Assembly: GCF_036588685.1 (NCBI RefSeq)
Contig: NC_086379.1
Coordinates: 12,214,001-12,278,000 of the forward strand
Length of the DNA stretch: 64,000 nt
Direction of reading: 5' to 3'
Origin: Mytilus trossulus
Taxonomy: Eukaryota
Under the pieces are notes generated by a model. That model was given only the letters and a program-made list of their open reading frames with translations. It made no database searches and was not told the DNA's origin. How positions within the stretch are numbered: the stretch's first letter is position 1; each line of letters starts with the position of its first letter. Shown here piece by piece: positions 13,346 through 26,500 of this stretch. The position numbers were made by a program, and so were the translations under genes.

Positions 13346-15289
13346 AGTTCACAAAACTTTTCTTCAGTATAATTTAAGTCAAAGCCAGTGTTTTTCTACG
13401 TTTTGTTTTCCTTTTGATTAAATATAGGAAAGTTTGAGGGGAGAACCAGTGTCTATAAAGTAGCGAACATTGAAGCCTAGTTTTGGTCAAGTAAATAAAA
13501 TGTTTTTGCTAACCATTTTAAATTAGCACATAATGTTTAGAATGCATCGGGTCAAGAAATATAAACGAAAAACATAAAAATTTGTATCTTATAACGTCAC
13601 AATTACGTCATTAGTATGTACTGTTTTCACAAAAAGATGAAAAAATACAGAATTTATGCAGTTTTCTATCTTTATTTCTGCTGTGGACACATTCTGCGCA
13701 GCCAAGAAACAACAAAATAATTTAACAGAAGCTTTATTATAAATATTGGCATAATCTCACCAAATATAAATTTGTTTCTTGGGTGCGCACATACTTTTTT
13801 AATTAAACATATACTTCAAGATTGATAAAAAAACAAGGAAAATCACGATATATAACATAATATGCAAATTAAGTCATGATTTGTTGCCATGGTAACTTGT
13901 TCGATGTCCGATTTGTTTTTGTTTTTCTTAGTACCTTATACCTTAGTCAAGTTTTCAGTTATTTAAGAATATATATGATAACTTTTAAATTTGAAGTAAT
14001 TTTTGGGCCAAATAAGGGCGTTAGTGTCCCTACTCCTTTAAATAACCAGCAATGCAGTGATGTCAAACCTACATGTATAGATTAGGAGAACTGATTAAAA
14101 CTATTTATTTTCCTTTACTGTGTTCACACATATTCTTTTTTAATTGTTTTCTTTGATAACTGATATCAGATCATAGGTTTTCGTACTTTGCATGCTGTTT
14201 CAATGAAAATTGTGACGTCACAATCCATTCTAAATATATAAAAAAAACCATGAGACGAGGACACTCTATCAGATGACAATTAGATGGCTTTTAGAAGAAC
14301 TTCTTTAGACGGTATCTACTTATCCTAAAATGACATTGAACTGTAAATTACATTTTGATGAGATTTCTGAATGCACACAATAAAATGGATTTTATTCACC
14401 TGGGTTTTTTTTATAATGGAGAGATAAATATCGTTTCTTAATGTTTATAATACATTTTCAAATATTTCCCTTACACATGAAAACAATTATATATAGGAGG
14501 AAATTTTTTGTTGTTTATCAGCGATTATCTATAATGAATAGTTTACTTTGTGATAATTAATAAAATATTAAAATTATTTAATATATTGATCAATGTATTT
14601 GTTGATTTATCATGACATGTTTTATACGCCGCACAACAGAGTCGGAATCCTCTTGTCCGTCCGTACATCGGTCCTTCTATTACCATTTATTTTTTGTCAG
14701 ATAAGAAATAGATAGCCAATTTTCGAAATTAATTAAGATTTGAATGAAATATTTTAGAGAATGGATATATTCTATAACCATTGTTTTCATTTTCATGATA
14801 CTAAATTAAGAACGACGAGACAATGTATCACACGGCCACCAAAAGCTTTTTTTTTTTTATAGTACAGCCTAGATGGTCATGGCGAGTGTGTAGCGTGATT
14901 TCAAATCCCGGCCAAATTTACAGATATAACAGATCTTCTTTCTTCTTAATTTGACCTGTAGGAACTATATGTAATGCTTTTTGTTATTTAATGCTTTCTT
15001 ATCCAGGGTTATATATCGTTTAAATACGAGCGTTGATCAGTGTTTGGTATAACTATAAGTTTTCACTTTTTGGTATTATGAACAACAACAAAAATATTTT
15101 ATAAAAAGATATTTCAATTTTTCTTTGAAAACAGTATACCTTATAACAAAATTATTTTCATTTACAACATGTACCTGTGTATACCATTATTTGCAGGATT
15201 TTTTTACCAGTTTATTGTTGTTTTCTGAAACTGATTAACCTCATTCAGCGGTATACTACTGCTGACTTTATTTACTTATAATGTGTATA

Positions 15290-16448
15290 TGTTACAGGCA
15301 TTTTCTAAATTTAGGCATTTTGTAAAATGACTGAATTTTTAGGCATTTTACAAAATGCCTAAAGTTGACAGGCAGTTTACAAAATGGCCTAAAAAAATCT
15401 AGTCATTTTGTAAAATGTCTGCAATTTTTAATGAAAAAAAGGGTTGAGTTACATACATTTAATCTTTCAAAATGTAACAAGCGTCAATAAGAAAGTCTGT
15501 AGGCTTCTAGGAGCCTGAATTGCTCATCTTGCAAAAAAGTAAAACAAAGAACATAATCACATATGAAGATGGAGTTAACGACTTCTGTTACCATTAAATT
15601 GTCTCATAAGGCTATTGAATATTCATGCAATATTTGCCACTTGAAAAGCATTCAATGTCTGATACTATATCTTGTCATCTGTGTTCAAATGAAGAGATTA
15701 TCATAAATGAAAGAAGGCATGCATCAGACTCAATGACAAAACAAGCTGTCAGGATGAGAAATCTATCGGAAAGAGTTTTAACAGAGGAAGATATTAGAGC
15801 AATTGTATCACTTGAAATTACCCATGTGGATTAAGCAAAGGAGGCCCGCGTTGTTGTTACTGGAAAGGAAGAGTTAGGTTATCAACTGGAAATTAAAGAT
15901 TAAATACTACGTGGACTCAACACCAGGAATCAGTATGAACGGTCTGACAGTAATTTTATTGTTATTCAATGAGTAAATTATGATAACGAAATATCCTTCA
16001 GTAAAGCTGTCAGTAAAGTTTCTTTGTGTGAAGGTCAGGGTTACACAAAATGTGGCTGTAGTGCTAGTGGTAAGACTTAATGTAACACTAAACGTTGTCT
16101 TTGCAAAAGGTCAGAAAAAATGTGTAACCGTTGCTGTCATCCAATCATTACATGTAGCAAAAATAATTGTCACCTTCAGTGTTAATGTAAACGATTTAAT
16201 AACAATTTTAAAACTGTAACTGTTTAAATTGCATACTATATTTAATGATAGAATAAAATTATCTGTTTGATATTTCCATTCGTTAAGTTTTGAGTACATT
16301 CCATTTAGTTTTAGTCTTTTAGGCATTTTGTAAAATGCCTGACAAAAAAAGTCAATTTGTGAAATGCCTAAATATGCAGGCATTTTAGAAAATCCCCAAA
16401 ATTTCAGTCATTTTACAAAATGCCTAAATTTAGAAATTGCCTGTAACA
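15290..16448 (+). mobile_element. Internally deleted Ginger-type (Ginger2/KRBA2-like integrase) DNA transposon
   Basis: TGT...ACA termini with 4-bp TSD TATA, long TIRs (TGTTACAGGCATTTTCTAAATTTAGGCATTTTGTAAAATGACTGAA), subterminal GGCATTTT repeats. Decayed coding remnant ...GQGYTKCGC..CNTKRCLCKR..CNRCCH at ~15650-16160. Confidence 0.8.
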
Positions 16449-16782
16449 TATACAAGTAATATTCAGTTAGCTTTTAATTTACTGATAACAAAATCAATAT
16501 TTATACCAATAAAAAACATTATTCAATTATCATATTACAGTGTTGAATAGATAACCTTTTGGAATAAGTTTATTTAAAGGAGCCACAAGTTTACGTGGAT
16601 CATTTCTAAATCTCCGGGCACGGTTAACAACATTTCCGTAAAAATGAAGATGTGCTAGTGTATCTTTCTATGTTACCAGGAGTAGATTACCTTAGCCGTA
16701 TTTGGCACAACCTTTTGGAATTTTGGGTCCTCAATGCTCTTCAACTTTGTATTTTTTTGGCTTTTTAACTATTTTTAACTGA

Positions 16783-16826
16783 GCGTCACTGATGAGTCTT
16801 ATGTAGACGAAACGCGCGTCTGGCTT
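16783..16826 (+). ncRNA. Minimal type I hammerhead ribozyme with intact catalytic core (inside retrozyme-like repeat 16660-16840)
   Basis: GCGTCA-CTGATGA-GTCT TATGT AGAC-GAAA-CGCGCG-TC^TGGC. Predicted cleavage after C16820. Confidence 0.85.
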
Positions 16827-17504
16827 ATAAAATTATACTTTGTATCATAGATCAAATTTATTCGTTCAGTGAATGTTCATTTGTGGTTCTACCAGTTTGG
16901 TTGATTTTCAATTGATATTTTTTATTGTGTCCTTCTTTTTTGTGATGTTACACTATTGCTTCAGATAAGAGAGAACGTTTGGTACCATTAAAATATTTTA
17001 GCCCGCTGCAATTGTTTGAACCTGTTCTAAGTCAGGAATCTGATGTTCATAAGTTGTCTTTTATTGATGTGTTTTGTTTTTCGATTTTTTACATAAATTA
17101 GACCGTTGGTTTTCCCGTTTGAATGGTTTTACCCTAGTGATTGTTAATGCCATTTAAAGCTTGCTGTTCAGTGTGATCCAAGGCGCCGTGTTGAAGACCG
17201 TACTTTGACATTTAATGGTTTACATTTACAAATTGTAACTTAAATGGCGAGCTGTCTCATTGGCGTTTATACTTAATATTATTAAGCTAATATTTAGACG
17301 AATTATATATAATATATATAGTTAAGTTTGGCGTATGAATACGGTTTTGGTGACATCTATCTTGTGGTAAATTGTTTATTTACATTAGATTAAAAATATA
17401 AATTAAAAGCTCACCACAACGTAATGACAAAATAGTCTTAAATAGATTAAGAGAAAACAAAAATCCAGGTAACAAACTTGATCGAGAGAAACACATAACT
17501 TTAA

Positions 17505-18471
17505 AGCCTCGGTCACACCTTACCGGATAGCTCGAACGGACGCCTAGCGGATAACTTTTTTTCAATCCGTTCATGTCCGTTAGATGTCCGCTCTTATCCG
17601 TCAGGCGTCCGTCCATATCCGTTGCATGTTCGTTAAGTCTACGTTTTATCCGTCGACGTCCGTTCTGTTCGGTGGAAAATTGTGAGCATGTTCAAAACTG
17701 TGAACGGACGTCCAACAAATAAATGTCCGTTGGACGTCGTTAGGCATCCGTTAAGCGTCCATTTTGTACGGTAATCGTCCGTTGCGCTTTCGTTTTGTAT
17801 GCGTTACGTGTCCGTTATACATCCGTTGGAGGTCTGGCAAATAAAATCACCAACGGACTTCTAACGGACGTCTAACGGATAAAACGGATGTTGAACGAAT
17901 GTGAAACGGACTTCTACCGGACGTATAACTAATAAAAAGGATGATGAACGGATCTGAAACGGATAAAATAAAAATTTTGATTTTTTAATGTTCATAAATT
18001 CAATTTAGTATTATTCATAATCAATCTTAGAATGATCTGGGCACATCTTCACAATCAAGCAGCTGTTATTCAGGCCAGACACTGCCCTGTAGCGGCATTT
18101 TGAAGAACAGACCAAACCAGTTACACAGAACACTTTCAATATTGATGCGATGTACATGGGTTTTTTTTGTCGCCTTTAATTTTTTCGTATATCTTTGTTT
18201 ATCCGTTTTATCCGGTGCGCTTCCGTTAGATGTCCGTTTTATGCGGTACTCATCCGTTGGATGTACGTTCGACATCCGTTCTGTCCGGTATGTCTCCGTT
18301 TCTCGTCCTTTGCATATCTGTTGCATGTCCGTTATGCATTCGTTAGGCGTCCGTTTTAGTTTGTCAGTACATCAACGGACTTCCAACGGATGACAATTTT
18401 GTCAACGGACAACTTTTATTTTCAGCCGTTAGGCGTCCGTTCGTCTTATCCGGTGAGGTGTGACCGAGGCC
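17505..18471. mobile_element. PIF/Harbinger-like MITE with TAA TSD
   Basis: TIRs (A/G)GCCTCGGTCACACCT(T/C)ACCGGATA flanked by TAA on both sides. The interior is packed with TCCGTT/AACGGA motifs. Confidence 0.8.
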
Positions 18472-19505
18472 TAAGAGTAACAACGGAACAGCAGAAATAC
18501 TGAACTGCAACAAAATCAAACGCCAAAATACAAAAAAAACGTCATATTGCTGACTAGGTAAAGTAGGTTTTTAGAACAAATGGTGGGCTGAAACTGATTG
18601 TACGACTAGACAACCCCCCACCCCCTTACATAGTAATGAAAACAAAATATCCCTTAGGTGACACTACTAGACAAGAATATAGTGCAAACAATCGCAGGAA
18701 TATTCAACACCTTGAAATTCATAAATAAATAATACAACATGTACACTGCAGAATATCAACTGACATCTCCATTTAACGACTGAACATGAAACAATAAAAT
18801 ACGTGCTACATGAATGGAGCAATGCCACAAAAAAAACTTTGTGTGACGTATATATAATCTGGAATTCATACAATTATATGGAACAAGATTAAAAAATTAA
18901 CAATCATTTTCACAATACTAGTCCAAATAATTATCATGATCATAGAGGTCTTGAGAGTCTATTTTGAAATAATGCCGTGACGACGTCATGTTTATCTAAA
19001 CTATTACAATACTTTATGAATGGCAAATGAAAACTGACTCGACCATACTGACAAATAAGATATATGCGAAAAGTACCGGAAAAACATGATTAAACCACAT
19101 ACGATAAGACAAAACACAATAACCAAACGTACTTACAAAAGAAACATCACAACATAACTGAATACATTTATTTTGGATTTGTATATACCGAGACACGTCG
19201 TATAGCAATGCGAGATCCCACTAACATTGGAGTTCCGTCAAGTCGTCTTGTTATGTTTTGTTGGCTATTGGAAAATTTGAACAATTACATTCATGGCATC
19301 AGAATACGAAATGAAAAAGAGGAGGTATTTCAACTCTGGCCTATTTCAATAACACACGAATGCCAAAAAAAAATGTAATCTTGGATTATAAAATCGGATA
19401 TATTGGCTTGAACACTTCCGGATGCACAAAAATTACCTATGATAAACTGTTACGCATATCGAAAGAATTTAGGCCTGAGTTCACTAAGAACATGTATGTC
19501 TTATC

Positions 19506-19562
19506 TATATAAACGGACATGTAAATCATCTAATTGACCTTGACGGATTCATTCTGAGACAG
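19506..19562 (+). promoter_or_regulatory. Candidate TATA box and non-coding first exon of secreted cadherin paralogue A
   Basis: TATATAAA at ~19506-19513 and a CAG|GTTATA donor at 19562. The layout mirrors paralogue B (TTATAA ~37115, donor 37218). Confidence 0.35.
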
Positions 19563-19706
19563 GTTATATTTATTTATGTATAATTTGTTCTATTTCATTT
19601 TGAATTTCAATAATGTCAGATCTTTAAAGCTTAATTAGTTATATATGACTTTCATCTATTAATTGTAGCTATTAATTTAACAAAGTATGTCATTTAACTT
19701 CATCCA

Positions 19707-20110
19707 GCGTAAATATAATATTTCAGTCCTGGTATCTATGATAAGTTGATTCATAACTGCTGGGTCGATGCCACTGCGTTTCGAGTTGTATTTCCCCGAG
19801 GGCATTACTAGTCCAGTAGTCAGCACTTCTGTGTGGACTTGAGTTATAATTGTTATTTATGTTCATAATTATAAATTTACTAAATTCTGAATTTTTTGAA
19901 ATACTTAGCCTTTCTACCTCAAGTATTGATTGCCTTAGCTGTATTTGGCAAAACGTTAAGGACATTTTGGTCCTCAATGGTCTTCAACTTCGTACTTTAT
20001 TCGGCATTTATAACACTTTTTAATTCAAGTGTTTATGATGAGTCTTTTGTAGACGAAACGCACGTCTGACGTAAATATAAAATTTCTTTACTAGTATCTA
20101 GTATGAGTTT
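19707..20110 (+). ncRNA. Full retrozyme-like monomer (~362 nt) with terminal redundancy; hammerhead core degenerate
   Basis: CGTAAATATA.A.TTTC occurs at 19708 and 20070, the second just after the GTC cleavage triplet (20064-20066). Core reads ATGATGA-GTCT TTTGT AGAC-GAAA. Confidence 0.7.
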
Positions 20111-20544
20111 ATTTTTTATAATCAATTAGTATTCTACATATTTTTACATGACATGTCTAAACTGACTGAAAGTTTAACCCCGCCGCAGTTTTGCGCCTGT
20201 TCCCAAGTTATTAGCCTCTGGGTTTGTTAGGCTTGTATGTTTGTTTATATTTTAGTTCATTTATATGCTTTTGAGTTTGACGTCAATTTTCACTGAACTA
20301 GTAAACATTTTTATTTGAATGTTCGGCTGGGTGTGAAATTTTCTCGTATAAGAAAGTGTCATTGGCGCAAACTAGAAAAGTAGTGTAGATCATTGGGAAA
20401 CTTACTCGATATCATCCTAGATATTTTCGTCTCGAATATTTTTCACATAGAATTATTTTGTCATTTCATTCTATTACTTGTATCGTAATTAATATGAAGT
20501 CCGTTATTGATATAAATATATTTTATCATTCAGCTTTTTAATCC

Positions 20545-23500
20545 ATGGAAATGATTGGCAGTTTGTCTATTGTAGTTATTTTCTGTTTAAGTAAGTTAAC
20601 ATAAATACTATTAGACTCACGGTTAAAATAAAGACATGTTTGTTTTATAGTAATATTATATTATTGTTTCTGGGATTCACTAATAACCAAGTAATGTTAT
20701 TGCTGTCAGTCTATACACAGATCAAGGAGAATAAATGTTTGAAAATTGGTCATTTAAATTGAATTTTGTTATGATCATAAATGCTTGTTGTTATTAGAAC
20801 CTCATAATGACGAAAGAAGTAAGATGGAAAGCAAAAGGGTTTCATATACATGTGCATGTATTAATATATTGCCCCAACTACATGTGTTTCTAATGCTTTT
20901 ATAAACGTTTGGAATGGCGACTTTTAATCTTATATACATTATCAATGTATTAGTATGGAAACTGATAGAATCTCGGTACTGAAAATCCATAGCAAATGCA
21001 CTTTGATAATTTCTTAGTTGACAAGTGTGTACCTGTACTTAATACACGTGTAGACCATCGGTAGTGTACATTTACAGCCTTTGTCCATATCGACCATTGT
21101 TTTGGGAAACCTATTAGCGCTAACTGTTTTATTTCTAGTAGGAATTGAATACTTTACATAATGGCGTTTATAAAATAAGAGCTCCGGAACCCAGCTCGAA
21201 GTAAAAAGCAACAAAGACAAATCACACTTTAGCAGATCTCATGCCTATAATAGAGTATTCTTTCAAGTAAATTTTTTTAGTTGTATTTTTGTTTTCATAA
21301 ACATAAAAATGTGAACACTAAACCAGCAAACATGTGTTTCACACACAGTTTTGTTACTTAGCAGTTGTTCAAGTAGCATTTGTACAAAAAAGAGTAAATC
21401 ATTAAGACTTCTAGATTTTGTTTTCACAATACATCAATAGGGTTATAGCTTTTGTAATCATATGCTTGTCTTTCATATAAAGGTGACGAAAAATGTAAGA
21501 GAAAAAGAAATACCTTAGTAAGGAGACAATATGATTTTGTAGTAAATTAATACGATATAGTTAGAAAATACAGAAAATTAAATAGATATTTTTATGCGTT
21601 TGACCGAAAAATAAAAAAAAAAAGGAAATGAACAATAACAATCTAAATTGATTTATACAGTGTGTTTCGACATTTTTAATAATTATAGATGACGAGAATG
21701 TCTCGAAACTGCTATTTATATTGTTGTAAGATTAATAATGTGTGTCATGTACTATTTTTTTCAATTTTATTTGAAAAGTAAAATCACAAAAATACTGAAC
21801 TGTTAGCAAAATTCAAAAAGGATAATCCCTAATCAAATGGCAAAATCAAATTTGAAACTGTCACACATCATGTTCATGTTTTTATTAGCTAGCTATAAAT
21901 CAAGTTTTCTACACAGGAATATGCATGAACGAATGATGTTATCCATTCGTTTGGTGTGTTTTAGATTTGATTTTGCTTCCAGTTTTTAATATTTCTTGGA
22001 GTTCGGTATTTTTGTTATTTTTTTTTTATAGTTCTATGTACATATGTAAAACACATAGACTCAGAAAATTTAAAATACTACTGTTCAATTACTTATATCA
22101 TCCAAGTATCAATGACATTACATAGTTATTAATAAACACAAGAAAAAACTTATTATAATAATAAAATACATACATACAAACAAACATATCAAATCGTGAT
22201 ATCGAGAAACTGCTTTTTAATTGAAAATAATATGAATATTCATGTTTTAGATATTTCAACAAATGCAATTTTAGTACACAAACCCCCAATTATCCACACA
22301 AATCATCCATATCTTAACATCAGAGAAAATTCCCCAATAGGTAAGTACAAAAGTTGTTTTCATTTTGAAATATTCAAATATAATGAAAACCTGCTAATGT
22401 GTAATAGATACTTTACAATAACAACACATGTATTTCCAGAATAGCGTTTATAAGGTTTGCTTGCTGCTAAATGTAGGACGAATAATATTAATGGAAATTT
22501 TTTTTAAAAACCTGCAAAAAAACTGATAAATCTGACTAACGTCAGAAGTTTTTATGCTCGTGGATATCGATGATTTTCTAATGATTTTGCGATTTAAATT
22601 AAATGAGCACTAATTGTCAAGGCATCTATAGTATAGGGTCTTTTTTTTGCTTCCGTAGCATGTTGTACAACAGTGACTACTTTTAGTTTCCAGCGTTTAT
22701 TACCTTGATGAACTAGATTTGCCTATGTCAAGGAATATTTTCGGTCAACCAGACCAACGGTTTGCATTTTCACCTAATTTTGAAAGATGATTTTTGTATG
22801 CAACATTTTGAAGATAAATAGTTATTATAATTATTGTTTTATGAAACAATTTGAAGATAAATAGTTATTACATTAACATAAAACGTAGAGGGAATTTACA
22901 TTATTACTTGTCTAAGAAAAAAACATCTGAAACTCTATCATATGGATATAGGACGATATACTTGCATTGGGCTATCACAAATCATTCAAGATGTTCACCA
23001 GAGCATTATGTCATATATTTTCTAGTCATTTGACGAAATTGAGGTTGGTGAAAGATTATAATTTAAGATAGAGCAAACATTCTATATTCACCTTGTCCGC
23101 CATTTGTTTAATTGTAGGAACCTCATTTGTTGTTATTGATGCGTCAAGTCAAACAAATGATGTTGTCACTGTGACACCACATGATAGTGCAACAGCTGCA
23201 AGAATCACCCTAGTGCCTGTAAAAGTAGGGGTCAACTCGACATACAGAGCTCTTACTAAAATTATTCCTGATAGAGAGGTATGGTAGATTTAATTTGATT
23301 AAAAAATCATATAAGCTTACTTTAAGTGTCAGTCTTCTTTTCAAAACTCATTTTCGTAAAGAAGCATCTCAACATTTCAATTCGATATTGTTCATTAAAA
23401 TGAGTATACCTATTGTATTGTAATAGTTAACTGAATATCAATAATGTTCTTTAAAGTGGTTTAACAATTTGCAAAAAATAGCTAAGAAATACATTGATAT

Positions 23501-26500
23501 ATATGTTTGTATGTAATTTCTTAATAATATAGGTGGAGGTTTATCGAGATGTAAACAGCCACTTTATAAACGCTCTTCTTCAAACTTGAAAAGAACAGCG
23601 TCTTTATAGAAATTAACCATTGTAATAATCTAACAATATTTTGAAACTTGGTATAATTTAAAATATGGTAGATGCATAAAATAGTTTTAAAATACAGATT
23701 ACTGCCATGGTCGATTTTTAGTTACTTATGATTTGTGATATGCTATTTTTTTAATTAAATAATCTATTTTTGTGTATTAATATGATGTAGAAAGAAGGAA
23801 CATGGTTTCTAACATTTCAAGCTCACGATTCTCATGGTGATGTAAGTAAAATAGATGGAAAATAAATCTGTTTATATTATTTTAGTTAAAAACCTTAAAT
23901 TAACGACATTTTACACTAAGAGTAATCTTTCTTTCCAACAACTGGCAAGTGTATTGTATCTTCTTTCTCGCGAATTTGGACATTATCATTGACCTTTGGT
24001 TTTTTTTATGAGACTGTCTTAAATAATAGGTTAACGCATGCAATTATGAATAATACACTATGTGAAAAGATAAGTTGAAACATTTTGAAAAGTAACTATT
24101 GATACAGCGACCAAAGTATTGTTTTAAACTTTATAACTTGTTCATATTTAACCTATATATAAGAAGATGTTGAACGAGTGACAATTTTGGAAAAGTTCAT
24201 TAAAAGAATACACATTGAACGTATCCAATGTAATTTGTACATCAAATAATCTAAATACAGACGCTCGAATGTATAAAAAACAACCTAACTAATATTGTAA
24301 CAACAGTGCCGTAAACAGTCAAATTCACTGGCAAATATTCACAAAAACAGTCCATGATTATTGTAAAGTTTTGAATATACTTAATCCTTTTCTGATTAAG
24401 AAAATAAACAACAACAAAAAACACAAAAAACACAAAAACAAATGAAACTTGGGAATATGATAGTAAACATGTAATTTTATATCAGTGGCTAAAATATGAA
24501 TTCAAAGTATAATGTATTTTTTAAGAACGTGACTTTCTGAGGGTATCACCAGCCCAGTAGTCAACACTTCGGTGTTGACATGTATATTAATCATGTGGTC
24601 ATTTTCATGAATGTACTGTTTACAAAACTTTGATTTTTTCGAAAAACTAAGGATGTTCTAATGCAAGGCATAGAATACTTTAGCCGTACCGCGTATTAGG
24701 CACAACTTTTTGGAATTTTGGATCATCAATGCTCTTCAAGTTTTTACTTCTTTGCCGGCAAAAATATTTTGATATGAGCGTCACTGTATGTAGACGGAAT
24801 GCGCGTCTGTCGTACTTAATTATAATCCTGGTACCTTTGATAACTATTTACATGTTTACCGCATTTGAAGATAAAATAAAAATGTCATGAAAAAAAATCT
24901 CCTTCATTCCTTTCTTTACTGTGACGCGATTCGAAATATAAAAACACAACGTTACGGATAGACCAATTAATCGAACGAAATAGATAATTGCAGGTTATTC
25001 GTCTGAAAAGTAGGATACGAATAACTGTGCAAAAATGTTCAATTGGGAACCATTTAGGCTGTATAATCTATGTATTTTCGTCGGTTTTGACAAATTTTTA
25101 ACAGAATCTTCCAAAATTATTTGTTCAACTCAAACTTGTATTCGTTGTTTATTAAAACAATGAAATAATGTTAATTTTACCGCGATGCCTCATCAACTGA
25201 AACCGTTGTATGTAAAGTTGTTGAAACAAAGGCATGACTATATTTACTTTCTATTATATGAAAAATTGACAATGTTACTAAAACAATTGAGAGATTCAGT
25301 ACCTTCTAAAGCTTAAGTATTTCTTATTTAATTCGTGTTGGTGCGGTGGAAGATAGTTTCCACATCTGGTAATTAAAATGAAATTAAAGCAATTTAACTT
25401 TACCGCCACGTTTGAGACATGTGCTAACTTCTCCATGTTTCAGCCATTTTCGTACTGACCTCTCTACCTTATAAAAAGGTTGTTCCTTGGACGATTTTCA
25501 TTTGAATAGACTAGTATAATTTGTCACGATGGTTAGCTACTATTCTCTAATTAGACTTGCTTGTAACATATGTTTTCATCTGGATATGCAAATTGTAAAA
25601 CGAGTTATTTTTCAACATGACCATAACTCTAACTATGTAATATTAATTAAAACGGCTATTAAAGAAGCTTTATTCTATACACTTATGAACTTCAGAAAAA
25701 TAGAGGATCTCCAACTCTTTTCTTTTTATTTCAGACTTTATGGACTTTGCCTCTTCATATCGATGATGTAAATGACAACGCTCCATTTTTCGTGCACGAC
25801 CATTTTCATGCTGTTTTCGGATTTGTAAGTTCAAAACTGAAATTAGTATTAATTCCTTTATATAGCTTGATATCAAAGGAAGTACAAGAATAAAAATAAA
25901 ATATATAGGTTTTGCATATTACATTTTTTCTACTCTTGGCGCTACAACTGAAAAAAGAATATTTGAGTATAAATAGAGTAACAGTAAGCAAAATTACTAC
26001 TGTAGTATACCATCATACTCTTATATAACATTATAAAAATGTGTAACATTTTTATAATTGTACTTTGAAGAAAATAACTAGACTATAGGGTAACCATCAA
26101 CTGTTTGCACAGGGAAACAAAGTTCATGAAAAATTGTTCACTGTCCTTTTCATGAATTTTTTATCTTTAATCAATTTTGATTTTAACTAAAACTGACCGA
26201 AATCTGTTACCCATATTTTGACTATTTTTTTTATTGTGTCTGTTTATTTAACACATTAATTTTAATATAACGAAATTTGATGAGACTGTCATTAAAGTGA
26301 GAGGGTTAGCGCTAAAGACATGATAGAACCAGGTTTAATCCACCATTTTCTACGTTTGAAAATGTCTGTACCTAGTCAGGAATATGACAGTTCTTGTCCA
26401 TACGTTTTTGATACGTTTTGTTATTTGATTTTGCCATGTAATTATGGACTTTCCGAATTGATTTTCCTCTAAGTTCAGTATTTTTGTGATTTTACTTTTT

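Noticed and set aside
21689-21725. Alternative first coding exon for paralogue A (MTRMSRNCYLYC)
   Set aside because: Phase-compatible, but a poor signal peptide; 20545-20590 matches paralogue B's exon in size and hydrophobicity.
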